This document shows, piece after piece, positions 1 to 9,105 of a stretch of DNA of 64,000 nucleotides. A program made the translations under genes and the position numbers. Numbering within the stretch: position 1 is the first letter of the stretch; every line of letters begins with the position of its first letter. The notes under the pieces were generated by a model. The model was not told where the DNA came from. It saw only the letters and a list, made by a program, of their open reading frames with translations, and made no database searches. Source of the DNA: Candidatus Peribacteria bacterium (GTDB taxonomy: Bacteria; Patescibacteriota; Gracilibacteria; Peribacterales; Peribacteraceae); contig JBEPVF010000001.1 of the NCBI GenBank assembly GCA_041691135.1, positions 128,001-192,000 of the forward strand, given 5' to 3'.

Positions 1-837
1 CTGGACGTTACGCTGGGACTCGGCGGACATGCGCACGCCTTTCTGAAGCAGACAGCACCTGATGGCATGTTGACCGGCTTGGATGCCGATGAAGAAAATC
101 TATCGCTCGCGCGAGAGTCATTGAAAGAATTTGATGATCGACTTCGATTTGTTCATGCCAACTTTCGAGATATAGGACAATTGGATCTTCCGGCGTTCGA
201 TATCATCTTTGCCGATCTCGGTGTCAGTTCACCGCATTTCGACGATCCTCAGCGGGGCTTCACCTTCCGGTCCGATGCGCCGCTCGATATGCGCTATGAC
301 CGGACAAGCGGCCTGACGGCGGCTGAGTGGCTGCAAAAAGCCGACGAACGTGATATCTACGTGACGCTGCGTGATTACGGCGAACTTCGTGAGGCGAAGC
401 GTCTGGGAACGATCTTGTACCGCACGGCTCAAGAAACACCGGAGAGTGTTGCCACAACGACAGGCATTCGTCAGGTATGCGAAGCGGCATTCGGGTATCG
501 CGCGCCTTCTCTATTGCCGCAGATATTCCAGGCACTTCGCATTCGCGTGAATGATGAACTCGGCGCGCTCGAAGCACTTCTCGCTGCTGCGCCGTTGCTG
601 CTGAAGTCGGGCGGTCGCTTTGGCATCCTCACGTACCACTCACTCGAAGATCGAATGGTAAAACAAACATTCCGTGCGTTGACGACTCCTACTATAAATG
701 ACATAACAGGTGCTGTAGTGATCCCGGCAGCTTTTGAATTACTGACCCGGAAAGCCATTGTTCCCAGCGAAGCGGAGGTTTCTCGCAATCCGCGAGCCCG
801 TAGCGGAAAACTCCGGGCGCTTCGGCGTGTCACGTGA
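1..837 (+). CDS. rsmH: 16S rRNA m4C1402 methyltransferase RsmH (5'-truncated by window edge)
   Basis: Frame 1 is open from base 1 (LDVTLGLGGHA SAM motif). DLGVSSPHFD, PLDMRYD, FQALRIRVNDEL, YHSLEDRMVK and NPRARSGKLR motifs are present. Confidence 0.97.
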   Translation: MDVTLGLGGHAHAFLKQTAPDGMLTGLDADEENLSLARESLKEFDDRLRFVHANFRDIGQLDLPAFDIIFADLGVSSPHFDDPQRGFTFRSDAPLDMRYDRTSGLTAAEWLQKADERDIYVTLRDYGELREAKRLGTILYRTAQETPESVATTTGIRQVCEAAFGYRAPSLLPQIFQALRIRVNDELGALEALLAAAPLLLKSGGRFGILTYHSLEDRMVKQTFRALTTPTINDITGAVVIPAAFELLTRKAIVPSEAEVSRNPRARSGKLRALRRVT

Positions 838-865
838 TGTGATTTTTCCCCTTTCCTCTGCTACT

Positions 866-1240
866 ATGACTTCCGCTGTGTTCTCGTCGCTCTTCTCTTC
901 GCCGGATACTCCACGTCGCTCGTCGCTGGGCCGCATGGTAAATCAAAGTACCATGCTCTTGATGGTGAGTATCGGTTCGTTGATTCTGATTCTGGCGTTG
1001 CTCATTTTGTTTCACGAGAATGCGAACGCAACAAAAGGATATGACCTGCGCAACCTCGAAGGCGACCGCTCGGCGGCGCTGCTTGAGCAGGAAGTTCTAT
1101 CGATGCAGATTTCCGAAGCCCAGGCGCTGAACCATCTGCAGAATGATGCCCAAATTCAATCAATGATAGCCGTTAAAAATCCTCTCTACGCACACGAAGT
1201 GCCGGCCGTGGCGATGAAGACCGCATCGACAACAAATTAA
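866..1240 (+). CDS. FtsL-like bitopic membrane protein
   Basis: Directly after rsmH. One TM helix followed by a coiled coil (KGYDLRNLE...LEQEVLSMQISE). Start codon uncertain. Confidence 0.65.
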   Translation: MTSAVFSSLFSSPDTPRRSSLGRMVNQSTMLLMVSIGSLILILALLILFHENANATKGYDLRNLEGDRSAALLEQEVLSMQISEAQALNHLQNDAQIQSMIAVKNPLYAHEVPAVAMKTASTTN

Positions 1241-1286
1241 AGCAGAAATCTGAAGCTCAAAGAGGACAAGCATTTTTCGGCTGTAC

Positions 1287-2702
1287 CTACGCAATTGTTC
1301 TCACCTGAATTGTATGAATATCGACGTCATTCGCTCTGGCATCGGCCACGACGATCACGTCGTCGCCTTTCTGTACAAGCGATAATTCTTTGAGCATTTT
1401 CATTGCTCTCTGAACGGTTTTTTCCGGATCGGCATCGAAGTCCAGCACGAACGGCAGAATGCCGTAAGACAGATGCATGTGTCGCTGGATGTGTTCGTCC
1501 GGAGAAAATGAAAAAATGGGACGGATGGGACGATATTTACACACGTCGCGGGCCGTCTTGCCGCTGCGTGTTACGACGACGAGCGCCGCGGCATCGGTAC
1601 TCGTTGCCAACGTGACTGCTGCTTCGGCTCGTGCTTCGCGGTTGTTGTGGATTCCCAATTCCTCCATCGATTCCGCACGTGCCAAGTGGTCCTCGGTCGC
1701 CCGGAGCACACGGTCCATTGCCTTGAGTGACGCGACCACATGTTTGCCGGCGGCCGTTTCTCCCGAAAGCATCGTTGCATCGGCACGGGTGGTTGCGGCA
1801 TGCGCGATGTCGGTCACTTCGGCACGCGTGGGCATCGGGTTCTCGATCATGCTCTCGAGCATGTGCGTAGCGACGATGACCGGTTTGCTGGCTTCACGGC
1901 AGGCCGACACGATGTCGTCCTGGATTACCGGCACACGTTCGAAGGGAACTTCGGCGCCCAGATCGCCGCGGGCGACCATGATGCCGTCGGCCACGCGCAG
2001 AATGTCGGCGAGATTATCGACGCCCTGACGCGTTTCGATTTTTGCCAGCACCTGAATGGAACTGCCGTGTGAATCCAAAAAATCTTTTACCCGTTGGACG
2101 TCATTGCCGGTTTGAACGAATGATAAGGCAATAAAGTCGAGGTCTTCGTCGATCGCGAACTTGATATCCTGCCAGTCTTTTTCGGTGATCGGATCTAAAT
2201 CGAGATCCGCTCCCGGCAAATTTACATGTCGACGCGAACCGATTGATCCGGCGTCCTGCGCTTTTGCAAGCACCGTCTCGCCCTCAACCGAGAGGAAATC
2301 AAAGGTGAGCTCGCCATTGTCGAGCAGAATCTGATCGGCAGTACCGGCGACTTTCGAAAAATGATCATAGTTCACTTGAATGACTTCGTGGGCCGCATTC
2401 TCAAGCGGATGTGGCGAAAAAATAACAATTTGATCCGCAGTGACCTGCAACGGTGCGGCACGATCACCGGTGCGGATTTCCGCTCCTTGTGTGTCCATCA
2501 GAATCGAGACGCACGGCTGGTCGGCCGAACCGCACGTTTTCGAAAGGGCTTTCAGATGTTGGATAACTTCACGATGCTGCTCCTGCGCACCATGGGACAT
2601 ATTGATGCGCGCCACGTTCATACCGGCACGAATCAAAGCTTCTAATTGTTTGGGGTCGCTGCTGGCCGGGCCGATCGTGCAGACAATTTTTGTGGAGCGC
2701 AT
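1287..2702 (-). CDS. pyk: pyruvate kinase
   Basis: TKIVCTIGPAS, ARINMSHG, AKIET, GIMVARGDLG, PTRAEVTD, MLSGETA. Start set at MRSTK, 6 nt after a TACTCT -10 box. Confidence 0.97.
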   Translation of the reverse strand: MRSTKIVCTIGPASSDPKQLEALIRAGMNVARINMSHGAQEQHREVIQHLKALSKTCGSADQPCVSILMDTQGAEIRTGDRAAPLQVTADQIVIFSPHPLENAAHEVIQVNYDHFSKVAGTADQILLDNGELTFDFLSVEGETVLAKAQDAGSIGSRRHVNLPGADLDLDPITEKDWQDIKFAIDEDLDFIALSFVQTGNDVQRVKDFLDSHGSSIQVLAKIETRQGVDNLADILRVADGIMVARGDLGAEVPFERVPVIQDDIVSACREASKPVIVATHMLESMIENPMPTRAEVTDIAHAATTRADATMLSGETAAGKHVVASLKAMDRVLRATEDHLARAESMEELGIHNNREARAEAAVTLATSTDAAALVVVTRSGKTARDVCKYRPIRPIFSFSPDEHIQRHMHLSYGILPFVLDFDADPEKTVQRAMKMLKELSLVQKGDDVIVVADARANDVDIHTIQVRTIA

Positions 2703-2819
2703 AGCGGAAGAGTAGCGAGAGCGGCCCAAAAGGCCAATAGAGTCGACAGAATGCGAGTGTGTGTGATGATGCGAACGTTCTAAAGACAAGCGATCACATC
2801 TGTGGTATTATATCATGAA

Positions 2820-4151
2820 ATGACACCCAAAGACAGATCACTCCTGACGGCTGCGTTGGTTCTTACCTTGGCGGTCATCGTAGCCGCACAAAGCCTCATC
2901 TGGCCGCATTTTGCTGCATCGGCTCAATCGGAAATATCCTCTTCGAGCAGCCTCATTGTCAAAAGCCGTGGGACATCGTACAAACCGCAGTACACGCCGG
3001 ATCCCAATCAGGTGAGCACGACGGCGAAACAAATATGTGGCGATCGGATGATTGAAACCGGTGAAGAATGCGACGACGGCTCCATGAACGGGTTCGGACG
3101 CTGTTCAAAAAATTGCCAGTTGCAATACTGCGGCGATGGAACGCTGACGCCCGCCGTCGGCGAAGAGTGCGAGGCGACACCGATGATGTTTCTCGATCCG
3201 GCCACCAACCAACCGTACGAAGAACTTGGTTTCGAAACACGCACGTGCGGCGATCCGATTTGTACGCCGCCGGATCCGACCAAAGGCATCGCCGGCTGTC
3301 TGCAAAAATTTCTTCCTTCCTGTGCTTCAAAAACAACTGCCGCACAAACCGCAATCAGTTCGTCGTCTTCCCCTTTCGCCGAACCCGTCAGTGTATCCGC
3401 AACCTCCTCGTTTTCGGAGCAAACGATTGGTAGTACCCTTTGCGGTAATAGTGTCAAAGATCCTGGCGAACAATGCGATACAGGCAGCAAAAATTCAGAT
3501 ATCTTGCCTAATAGTTGCCGGTCAAATTGCACCATTCCACATTGCGGAGATGGCGTAATCGATACCAATTTGCAGGAACAATGTGACAGCGGAGCTGACA
3601 ATGCTGATGCACCGGATGCATGTCGAATATCCTGTGAGTTACCTCGCTGTGGCGACTCTATTGTCGATAGCGGTGAACAATGCGACGGTGGTGATGCGTG
3701 CTCACCACAATGTACGTTTATTGATGCAGCTTCGTCTTTGTCCGCATTCACCGATTCGTCAGTGCTGGTAGAGAGCAGTCTCTCCACTTCTGTCTTTTCT
3801 CTTTGCGGGGATGGGATTCTTGATCCATTAGAGCAATGTGACGGAGGCCCGCAATGCTCCTCCAATTGTACGCTGCTGGCGGTCGAGTCATTGTCGTCAT
3901 CTTCATCAGTGTCTTCATTTGCGGGGATATTCTGTGGTGACGGAATCGTACAGGGATCTGAACAGTGTGATGACGGCAATCGTATTACGGGTGATGGTTG
4001 CAGCGCTCTGTGCCTCACCGAATCTACCGCCTCCCTTGCCATTTCGACGCCCGAATCGGCAACTGACACTAATTTGCTTATTGTTTTTAGCGTTACGAGC
4101 CTTTTGGGATTTATTTCCGGAGCGGCGGCGGGGGTATTGGTCAGGCGCTGA
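2820..4151 (+). CDS. cysteine-rich repeat (DUF4215 / Myxococcus Cys-rich repeat type) membrane-anchored surface protein
   Basis: N-terminal signal/TM segment, repeated CGDG...GEQCDDG units, Ser-rich linkers, C-terminal TM followed by RR. Confidence 0.85.
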   Translation: MTPKDRSLLTAALVLTLAVIVAAQSLIWPHFAASAQSEISSSSSLIVKSRGTSYKPQYTPDPNQVSTTAKQICGDRMIETGEECDDGSMNGFGRCSKNCQLQYCGDGTLTPAVGEECEATPMMFLDPATNQPYEELGFETRTCGDPICTPPDPTKGIAGCLQKFLPSCASKTTAAQTAISSSSSPFAEPVSVSATSSFSEQTIGSTLCGNSVKDPGEQCDTGSKNSDILPNSCRSNCTIPHCGDGVIDTNLQEQCDSGADNADAPDACRISCELPRCGDSIVDSGEQCDGGDACSPQCTFIDAASSLSAFTDSSVLVESSLSTSVFSLCGDGILDPLEQCDGGPQCSSNCTLLAVESLSSSSSVSSFAGIFCGDGIVQGSEQCDDGNRITGDGCSALCLTESTASLAISTPESATDTNLLIVFSVTSLLGFISGAAAGVLVRR

Positions 4152-4183
4152 CCGATAAGAGACGACAGAGTCCGGCCATAGCC

Positions 4184-4212
4184 TTGTCCGTTGGCCGATT
4201 TTCTGCTATACT
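4184..4212 (+). promoter_or_regulatory. sigma70-type promoter upstream of small ORF
   Basis: TTGTCC-N17-TATACT with an extended TG motif. Confidence 0.6.
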
Positions 4213-4238
4213 ATCTGGAAACATTCACACAAACCCTC

Positions 4239-4358
4239 ATGCTCTACATACTTCTTCCGTATCTGATCGTCGCCAACGGCGCCGCCATTGGATTCAATTT
4301 GCAACGTCTGTGGCTCCAGTCACAGAGTCGTCCGCTCAATCTGGAATTGCCCGAATAA
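4239..4358 (+). CDS. putative 39-aa small membrane protein
   Basis: MLYILLPYLIVANGAAIGFNLQRLWLQSQSRPLNLELPE*. Hydrophobic N-half, lying between a promoter and a terminator. Confidence 0.6.
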   Translation: MLYILLPYLIVANGAAIGFNLQRLWLQSQSRPLNLELPE

Positions 4359-4364
4359 AAATTT

Positions 4365-4401
4365 AAAAAAAAGAGGAGCCTACTATGGGCGCCTCTTTTT
4401 T
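4365..4401. terminator. bidirectional intrinsic terminator
   Basis: A8-GAGGAGCC-loop-GGCGCCTC-T6 between convergent genes. Confidence 0.75.
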
Positions 4402-4417
4402 GTTGTCGAGAATAGTT

Positions 4418-6082
4418 TTAATGTCCTGCGACGGCGGTCGCTTTTTCCTGCTGCTCCAGTTTTCGATTGGGCAGACTGAATGCAGTAAGGAATCCGAGGA
4501 ATGAAAACAGGGCTGTATAGAGCAACGATTGACGATTTCCTTCCGTCATCGAATCCTTCATGATGGTTTGAATCTCCTGCGTAACGGCAGGCGACAGGTT
4601 TGGATTGCCGGCAAGCTCCGAAAAGTTGAGATCCGCGGCGCTCTGCGTGAGCGTCGTCGTCAGTTCGGGACGAAGATCAGCCGGAATATCCGGACTTGCT
4701 GCCACACTACTTTGCACATTCGTTGCAATTACGGTGAGCAGCACCGAACCGATAATGGCCGAGCCAAGTGATTGACCGATTTGTCGCAGTGTATTGTTGA
4801 TACCCGATGCCTCGCCGGCTTCGCGGACCGGAACTGCGGATAGCGAAAGGTTACTGATCTGTGCCATTACGAATCCCATCCCCAAGCCGTACAGACCCAG
4901 ACCCGGTGCCAGTTGCCACGGAGTCGTATCGGGGTTGAGCGTCCAGTACAACACAAGAATCGCGACAAAATTGATGAACAGTCCGATCTGCACCAGGCGC
5001 TTGGCAGTGGTGTAGCGAGTAAGTACGCCCGAGAGCGGCGCTACGATGAGCATAACCAATGAGAGCGGCAAAAGAGCGAGACCCGTGTGGAGCGCGTCGA
5101 GACCGCGCACTCCCTGCAGAAAGACCGGTATGGCAAAAATAATGCCGGACTGACCGATCGAAATAATGCCCGTCGTGATCACGCCAGATGTGAATTGATG
5201 ATTGCGAAAAATGCCCAGTGAGACGAGCGGCGTTTTGTCGGCACGTTCGCGGCGTAGCTCCCACAGTCCGAAAAGGAGGAGAAAAATTGCGCCCAGTACG
5301 AGTGAAAAAGGGACGACCGACAGAGCACCTAAAGGCAGTGTCCAGCCGCCAATAGCAAATGATTGTTTGGCAAAGAACCAGCCGTAGGTGGATGCTTCGA
5401 TAATTCCGAAAATAATTGCCGTGAGGCCGATGGCAGATAGAATCACGCCGAACACATCGAGCGATGGTCGTCGGGAATCATCGCGTGAATCGCGCACCAA
5501 CACAGAGCCGATAACCAAAATCGCCGCCACAAATACATTGATTCGAAATCCCCAGCGCCAGCTGAAGTTGGAGGTGAGGTACCCGCCCAAAATCGGTCCG
5601 ATCGCCGATGACGCTCCGGCGAGTCCGCCCCACACGCCAAAAGCGATGGCACGCTCGCGCCCGTAAAAGTTTGCCACCAGAAGCGATGCGGTTGCCGGCA
5701 TCATCAGAGCCGCGCCGATGCCTTCGATAAACGATTCGCCAAGCAAAAGCATGCCGACCGAATGACTGATCGAAGCGATGAACGAGCCGATTGCAAAAAT
5801 AATCGCACCGAGGACGAACATGCGCTTTCGGCCGAACAGATCGCCCAATCGTCCGCCGGTAATCGTCAATGCCGCGAGGGTGAGTGCGTAGGCCGAAATA
5901 ACCCATTGCAACTTATGAATGTCCGTATGAAGTTCTTCGATGATCGTACGCAGCGAAACATTGAGCAACGTGGTGTCGATGATAATGATCGACAATGCCA
6001 AGCCGAGCACGACGAGGCTCATCCATTTGCTGAGCGGTGACTGCGGCGGAAGGATTTCTTGAGGGGTATCAGTAGCAGGCAC
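4418..6082 (-). CDS. MFS drug:H+ antiporter, DHA2 (EmrB/QacA) family
   Basis: About 14 TM segments; motif A GRLGDLFGRKR; GPILGGYLT; WRWGFRINV. Confidence 0.92.
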   Translation of the reverse strand: MPATDTPQEILPPQSPLSKWMSLVVLGLALSIIIIDTTLLNVSLRTIIEELHTDIHKLQWVISAYALTLAALTITGGRLGDLFGRKRMFVLGAIIFAIGSFIASISHSVGMLLLGESFIEGIGAALMMPATASLLVANFYGRERAIAFGVWGGLAGASSAIGPILGGYLTSNFSWRWGFRINVFVAAILVIGSVLVRDSRDDSRRPSLDVFGVILSAIGLTAIIFGIIEASTYGWFFAKQSFAIGGWTLPLGALSVVPFSLVLGAIFLLLFGLWELRRERADKTPLVSLGIFRNHQFTSGVITTGIISIGQSGIIFAIPVFLQGVRGLDALHTGLALLPLSLVMLIVAPLSGVLTRYTTAKRLVQIGLFINFVAILVLYWTLNPDTTPWQLAPGLGLYGLGMGFVMAQISNLSLSAVPVREAGEASGINNTLRQIGQSLGSAIIGSVLLTVIATNVQSSVAASPDIPADLRPELTTTLTQSAADLNFSELAGNPNLSPAVTQEIQTIMKDSMTEGNRQSLLYTALFSFLGFLTAFSLPNRKLEQQEKATAVAGH

Positions 6083-6175
6083 ACGTGTGAGAGGAAGGAA
6101 ATAAGCTTTGATTCTTTAATTGTTAGGGTGTCTAACTATAGAGGACGTTCCAGATGCATGCAACTGTCAGAAAAT

Positions 6176-6205
6176 AAAAATCCGCCTGGGAAGGCGGATT
6201 TTTTT
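6176..6205. terminator. intrinsic terminator downstream of DUF11 gene
   Basis: AAAAATCCGCCT-GGGA-AGGCGGATTTTT perfect stem. Confidence 0.8.
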
Positions 6206-6222
6206 AATCGAAAAGAAACGAA

Positions 6223-7296
6223 TTAGCGTACAGAATGCTGGTGACGTGAATCACAGTAGTCATCGTAGTTCACACGCAGGTAGGTGTTGTAGTAGGTGCA
6301 AATATCACCGCCTGTCGTCGTACCAACGGTCGTTGTCTTGGAGGCATTGTATCCATTCGCATTGGCCTGGAAGTACAGAGACGAACCAAGAGAAGCGTTG
6401 GAACTTACGCGAACTTGTAAAGTGACTTGCTTGGAGCTGTACTGATTGATGCGGAGATTATTCCACTGAACGACATTAGAACCGATGGATGTTGCGCCGT
6501 CGGAAGCTGCAACGAAGGTGGTATTTGGATCAAGCGTGGCGTAAATGTTGGTCGTCGCATCGTAGTTGGCATTGCTGTTCAGATTCAGGATATAGGTCAA
6601 CGTGCCGCCCTGCTGCACCGTGTCACTGGACGTGGTGACGTTCATCGTCACCGTATTGCTTCCATTGTTGTTATTGCAGTTGGTGGTGGACGAATAACCG
6701 TTGTTGCAGCAATTGGTGCCATTATAATAACTGCTGCTATTGCCATTATTATAGTTGTTATTGCAATTGATGTCGCTCACGTAGACGTTTGCGGAATCGC
6801 TATCGTTGCCGGCATCCACTTGTACTTTAAGCGAACGGCCGCTTGGCACATTGGTTTTGACACGTGCACGGAACGTAAGCGTCAATGTGTCGTTGGCACT
6901 GATGTCTACGCTGTCCCAATCGATTTCGCTGCTGGAGACATCATCGCCGCTATCCGATGCCGAAACGAAGGTGAGATAGCGATCCAATGTAGCGACGACA
7001 TCGACCTGTGCATCTACATCATTGTCGTTCGTGATCTTGATTTTGAAGCTGACCGTGTCGCCAGGCAGTACATCCGAACTATTGTTCGTTATACGAACCG
7101 ACACATCTTGGGTCTTTTTCTTCTTGGTCGTCGTTTTGGTCGTAGTCGACGAGGACGATTGCGTACAAATCATATTGGTACACAAACCGCCGGAAGAGTT
7201 CAGACACTTACATGTCTCCGCAGCCTGCGCAGCGGGAATAAAAAGGGCTGCCATCGTGACAACCGAGACGATCGTGAGGGGGGAGAGGTGCTTCAT
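6223..7296 (-). CDS. secreted protein with two DUF11-like Ig domains and an Asn/Cys-rich linker
   Basis: Signal peptide ending AAQA; two PGDTVSFKI / GGTLTYIL...TFVxASDG modules. Confidence 0.8.
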   Translation of the reverse strand: MKHLSPLTIVSVVTMAALFIPAAQAAETCKCLNSSGGLCTNMICTQSSSSTTTKTTTKKKKTQDVSVRITNNSSDVLPGDTVSFKIKITNDNDVDAQVDVVATLDRYLTFVSASDSGDDVSSSEIDWDSVDISANDTLTLTFRARVKTNVPSGRSLKVQVDAGNDSDSANVYVSDINCNNNYNNGNSSSYYNGTNCCNNGYSSTTNCNNNNGSNTVTMNVTTSSDTVQQGGTLTYILNLNSNANYDATTNIYATLDPNTTFVAASDGATSIGSNVVQWNNLRINQYSSKQVTLQVRVSSNASLGSSLYFQANANGYNASKTTTVGTTTGGDICTYYNTYLRVNYDDYCDSRHQHSVR

Positions 7297-7460
7297 AGTA
7301 ATGAGAGAGTAAGGAGTTATGGCAACATAGTCAAGTGATTTTGACAAGCACGCAATCTGTGTTCCTAATAGTAAAAATAACTCTTTGAAGCATCTGATAT
7401 CTGTTAATGGTCACTTTTCCCCACTACATGCGAAAAACTGTAGAGCGGTACGATTCAAAA

Positions 7461-7496
7461 TTGACATAAATCAGTAAACACCAGATAGTTATCTGG
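7461..7496 (+). promoter_or_regulatory. promoter with overlapping palindrome
   Basis: TTGACA-N17-GATAGT. The palindrome CCAGATA-GT-TATCTGG (7481-7496) covers the -10 region. Confidence 0.5.
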
Positions 7497-7634
7497 CCTC
7501 AACGATTTTTTTCTCATGTGAGAATCCGTTGGTAAGGCACCTGATATGGTCCGGTTCCAAAACTGGATCTCCTGACCAGGCACGAACGTCAGGAACCGGG
7601 GGCAGCATTACAGCTCACGCTGCCCCCATTTTTT
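7495..7634 (+). ncRNA. candidate orphan structured small RNA (~140 nt)
   Basis: Promoter upstream, three consecutive hairpins, then a GGGGGCAGC/GCTGCCCCC stem plus T6. Only a 9-codon ATG ORF was seen. Confidence 0.5.
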
Positions 7635-7716
7635 AGGAATCAAAATGGCTAGTAATACGTGGCCCGAGCGTCATAGAGCGAGGATCATGAGCGAGGCATC
7701 AGGGGGCGGAGTCGAA

Positions 7717-7793
7717 TGGTACCCCGGACAGGAGTCGAACCTGTGACCTCGACCTTAGAAGGGTCTTGCTCTATCCAACTGAGCTACCGGGGC
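7717..7793 (-). tRNA. tRNA-Arg(TCT)
   Basis: GCCCCGGTAGCTCAGTTGGATAGAGC...CT-TCT-AA...GGTTCGACTCC...GGGGTACCA; encoded CCA. Confidence 0.95.
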
Positions 7794-7877
7794 ATACGAG
7801 AAGTATGGAGGAAGATAGGTGAATTATGAAGTGCATCCAAATAGTAGGATTATGCAGTATCTGCTACGCTTTGATGG

Positions 7878-8375
7878 ATGACTGATCCGCACAAACCATC
7901 ACCTGCCGTGGAGAACGTGCGAAGTCCGGATGATGTGCGCGAAAACAAAGACATTGCAGCGCTCAGCTACGTGTCTGTGTTATCGGTGATCATTTTCCTC
8001 CTGCGTCGTGATTCACCTTTCGTTCGGTTCCACAGCCGACAGGCAGTGATTCTTTTTCTGATCTCTCTTCCTTTATGGTTCATTCCGCTGGTGGGTCGTT
8101 TTCTGGAGCTCTTCGTGCTGGCGGGCATGGTAATCGGCTTTATCGGCGCTGCGCAGGGCGAATGGAATGATGTGGCGTTTATCGGACCGCTCTCGCGACG
8201 GGAGATGACGCTCCGCGAGGCGTGGCGACAAATGGTGAATACGGTCGCGAAGCTGGCGCGGGAATTGGGCCGATTGGTTCACGAAGACCGTGTGGGCAAA
8301 GCCAAGCGCGAGCAGTATGCTGGCAAAGATCCGGCTGCTTCGCATCAAGCCGACTCATCTCCTCCCACAACCTAA
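7878..8375 (+). CDS. DUF4870-like small membrane protein
   Basis: ENKDIAALSY...DSPFVRFHSRQ pattern, about 3 TM segments. Confidence 0.7.
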   Translation: MTDPHKPSPAVENVRSPDDVRENKDIAALSYVSVLSVIIFLLRRDSPFVRFHSRQAVILFLISLPLWFIPLVGRFLELFVLAGMVIGFIGAAQGEWNDVAFIGPLSRREMTLREAWRQMVNTVAKLARELGRLVHEDRVGKAKREQYAGKDPAASHQADSSPPTT

Positions 8376-8379
8376 TACT

Positions 8380-9087
8380 ATGACCTACAAGCGCATCATG
8401 CTCAAACTCTCGGGCGAAGTGTTTTCCGGGGATCATGAGTATGGTATCGATCGACCAACACTCGAACACATCGGTTCGCAGATCGCCGAGGTCGCCGCGC
8501 TGGGGCTGGAAATTGTGATTGTCGTGGGTGGCGGTAATATTTGGCGCTACCGCGATACCAAGGAGAGCGGAATCGAGCGGACGGCAAGTGATGCGATGGG
8601 CATGTTGGCAACGGTGATGAACAGCGTGGCTCTTCAGTCGGCTCTGGAGGAACAGAACTGCGAGACACGCGTGATGTCCGCTATCGATATTCCCCAACTG
8701 GCAGAGCCGTTCATCAAGCGGCGCGCTCTGCGACACGTAGAAAAAGGTCGTATCGTCATTTGCGGAGGCGGAACAGGCAATCCGTACTTCACCACCGACA
8801 GCGCCGCTGCATTGCGCGCACTCGAAATGAGTTGTGATGTTCTGCTTAAGGCCACCAATGTGGATGGGATCTACGACAAAGATCCGAACAAGCATAAAGA
8901 TGCAGTGCGCTTCGAGACGCTCACCTATCAACAAGCTCTCGAGAAACATCTGGCTATCATGGATCAGGCCGCCTTCAGTTTGTGTCAAGAACAAGGTTTG
9001 CCGATCATCGTGTTCGACTTCAACCAGACCGGTGCTTTGCTCAAGGCCGCACGCGGTGAAAAAATTGGTACGCTCGTCCGTTCCTAA
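8380..9087 (+). CDS. pyrH: UMP kinase
   Basis: YKRIMLKLSGE, VVGGGNIWR, GTGNPYFTTD, KATNVDGIYDKDP; adjacent to frr. Confidence 0.97.
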   Translation: MTYKRIMLKLSGEVFSGDHEYGIDRPTLEHIGSQIAEVAALGLEIVIVVGGGNIWRYRDTKESGIERTASDAMGMLATVMNSVALQSALEEQNCETRVMSAIDIPQLAEPFIKRRALRHVEKGRIVICGGGTGNPYFTTDSAAALRALEMSCDVLLKATNVDGIYDKDPNKHKDAVRFETLTYQQALEKHLAIMDQAAFSLCQEQGLPIIVFDFNQTGALLKAARGEKIGTLVRS

Positions 9088-9105
9088 TTTATTCCTCCTT
9101 CTCCT

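Noticed and set aside
3008-4069. 353-aa antisense ORF and similar long antisense ORFs across the window
   Set aside because: These are shadow frames of well-supported genes on the opposite strand.
6640-6780. TTG/TTA-rich tract that looks like a repeat array
   Set aside because: It is Asn-rich low-complexity coding sequence of the DUF11 protein, with no repeat-spacer structure.
7586-7612. GTCAGG...GCAGCATTA resembles SRP RNA helix 8
   Set aside because: The intervening stem with a GNRA tetraloop is missing, and GCAGC is used in the terminator stem, so it is not called as SRP RNA.
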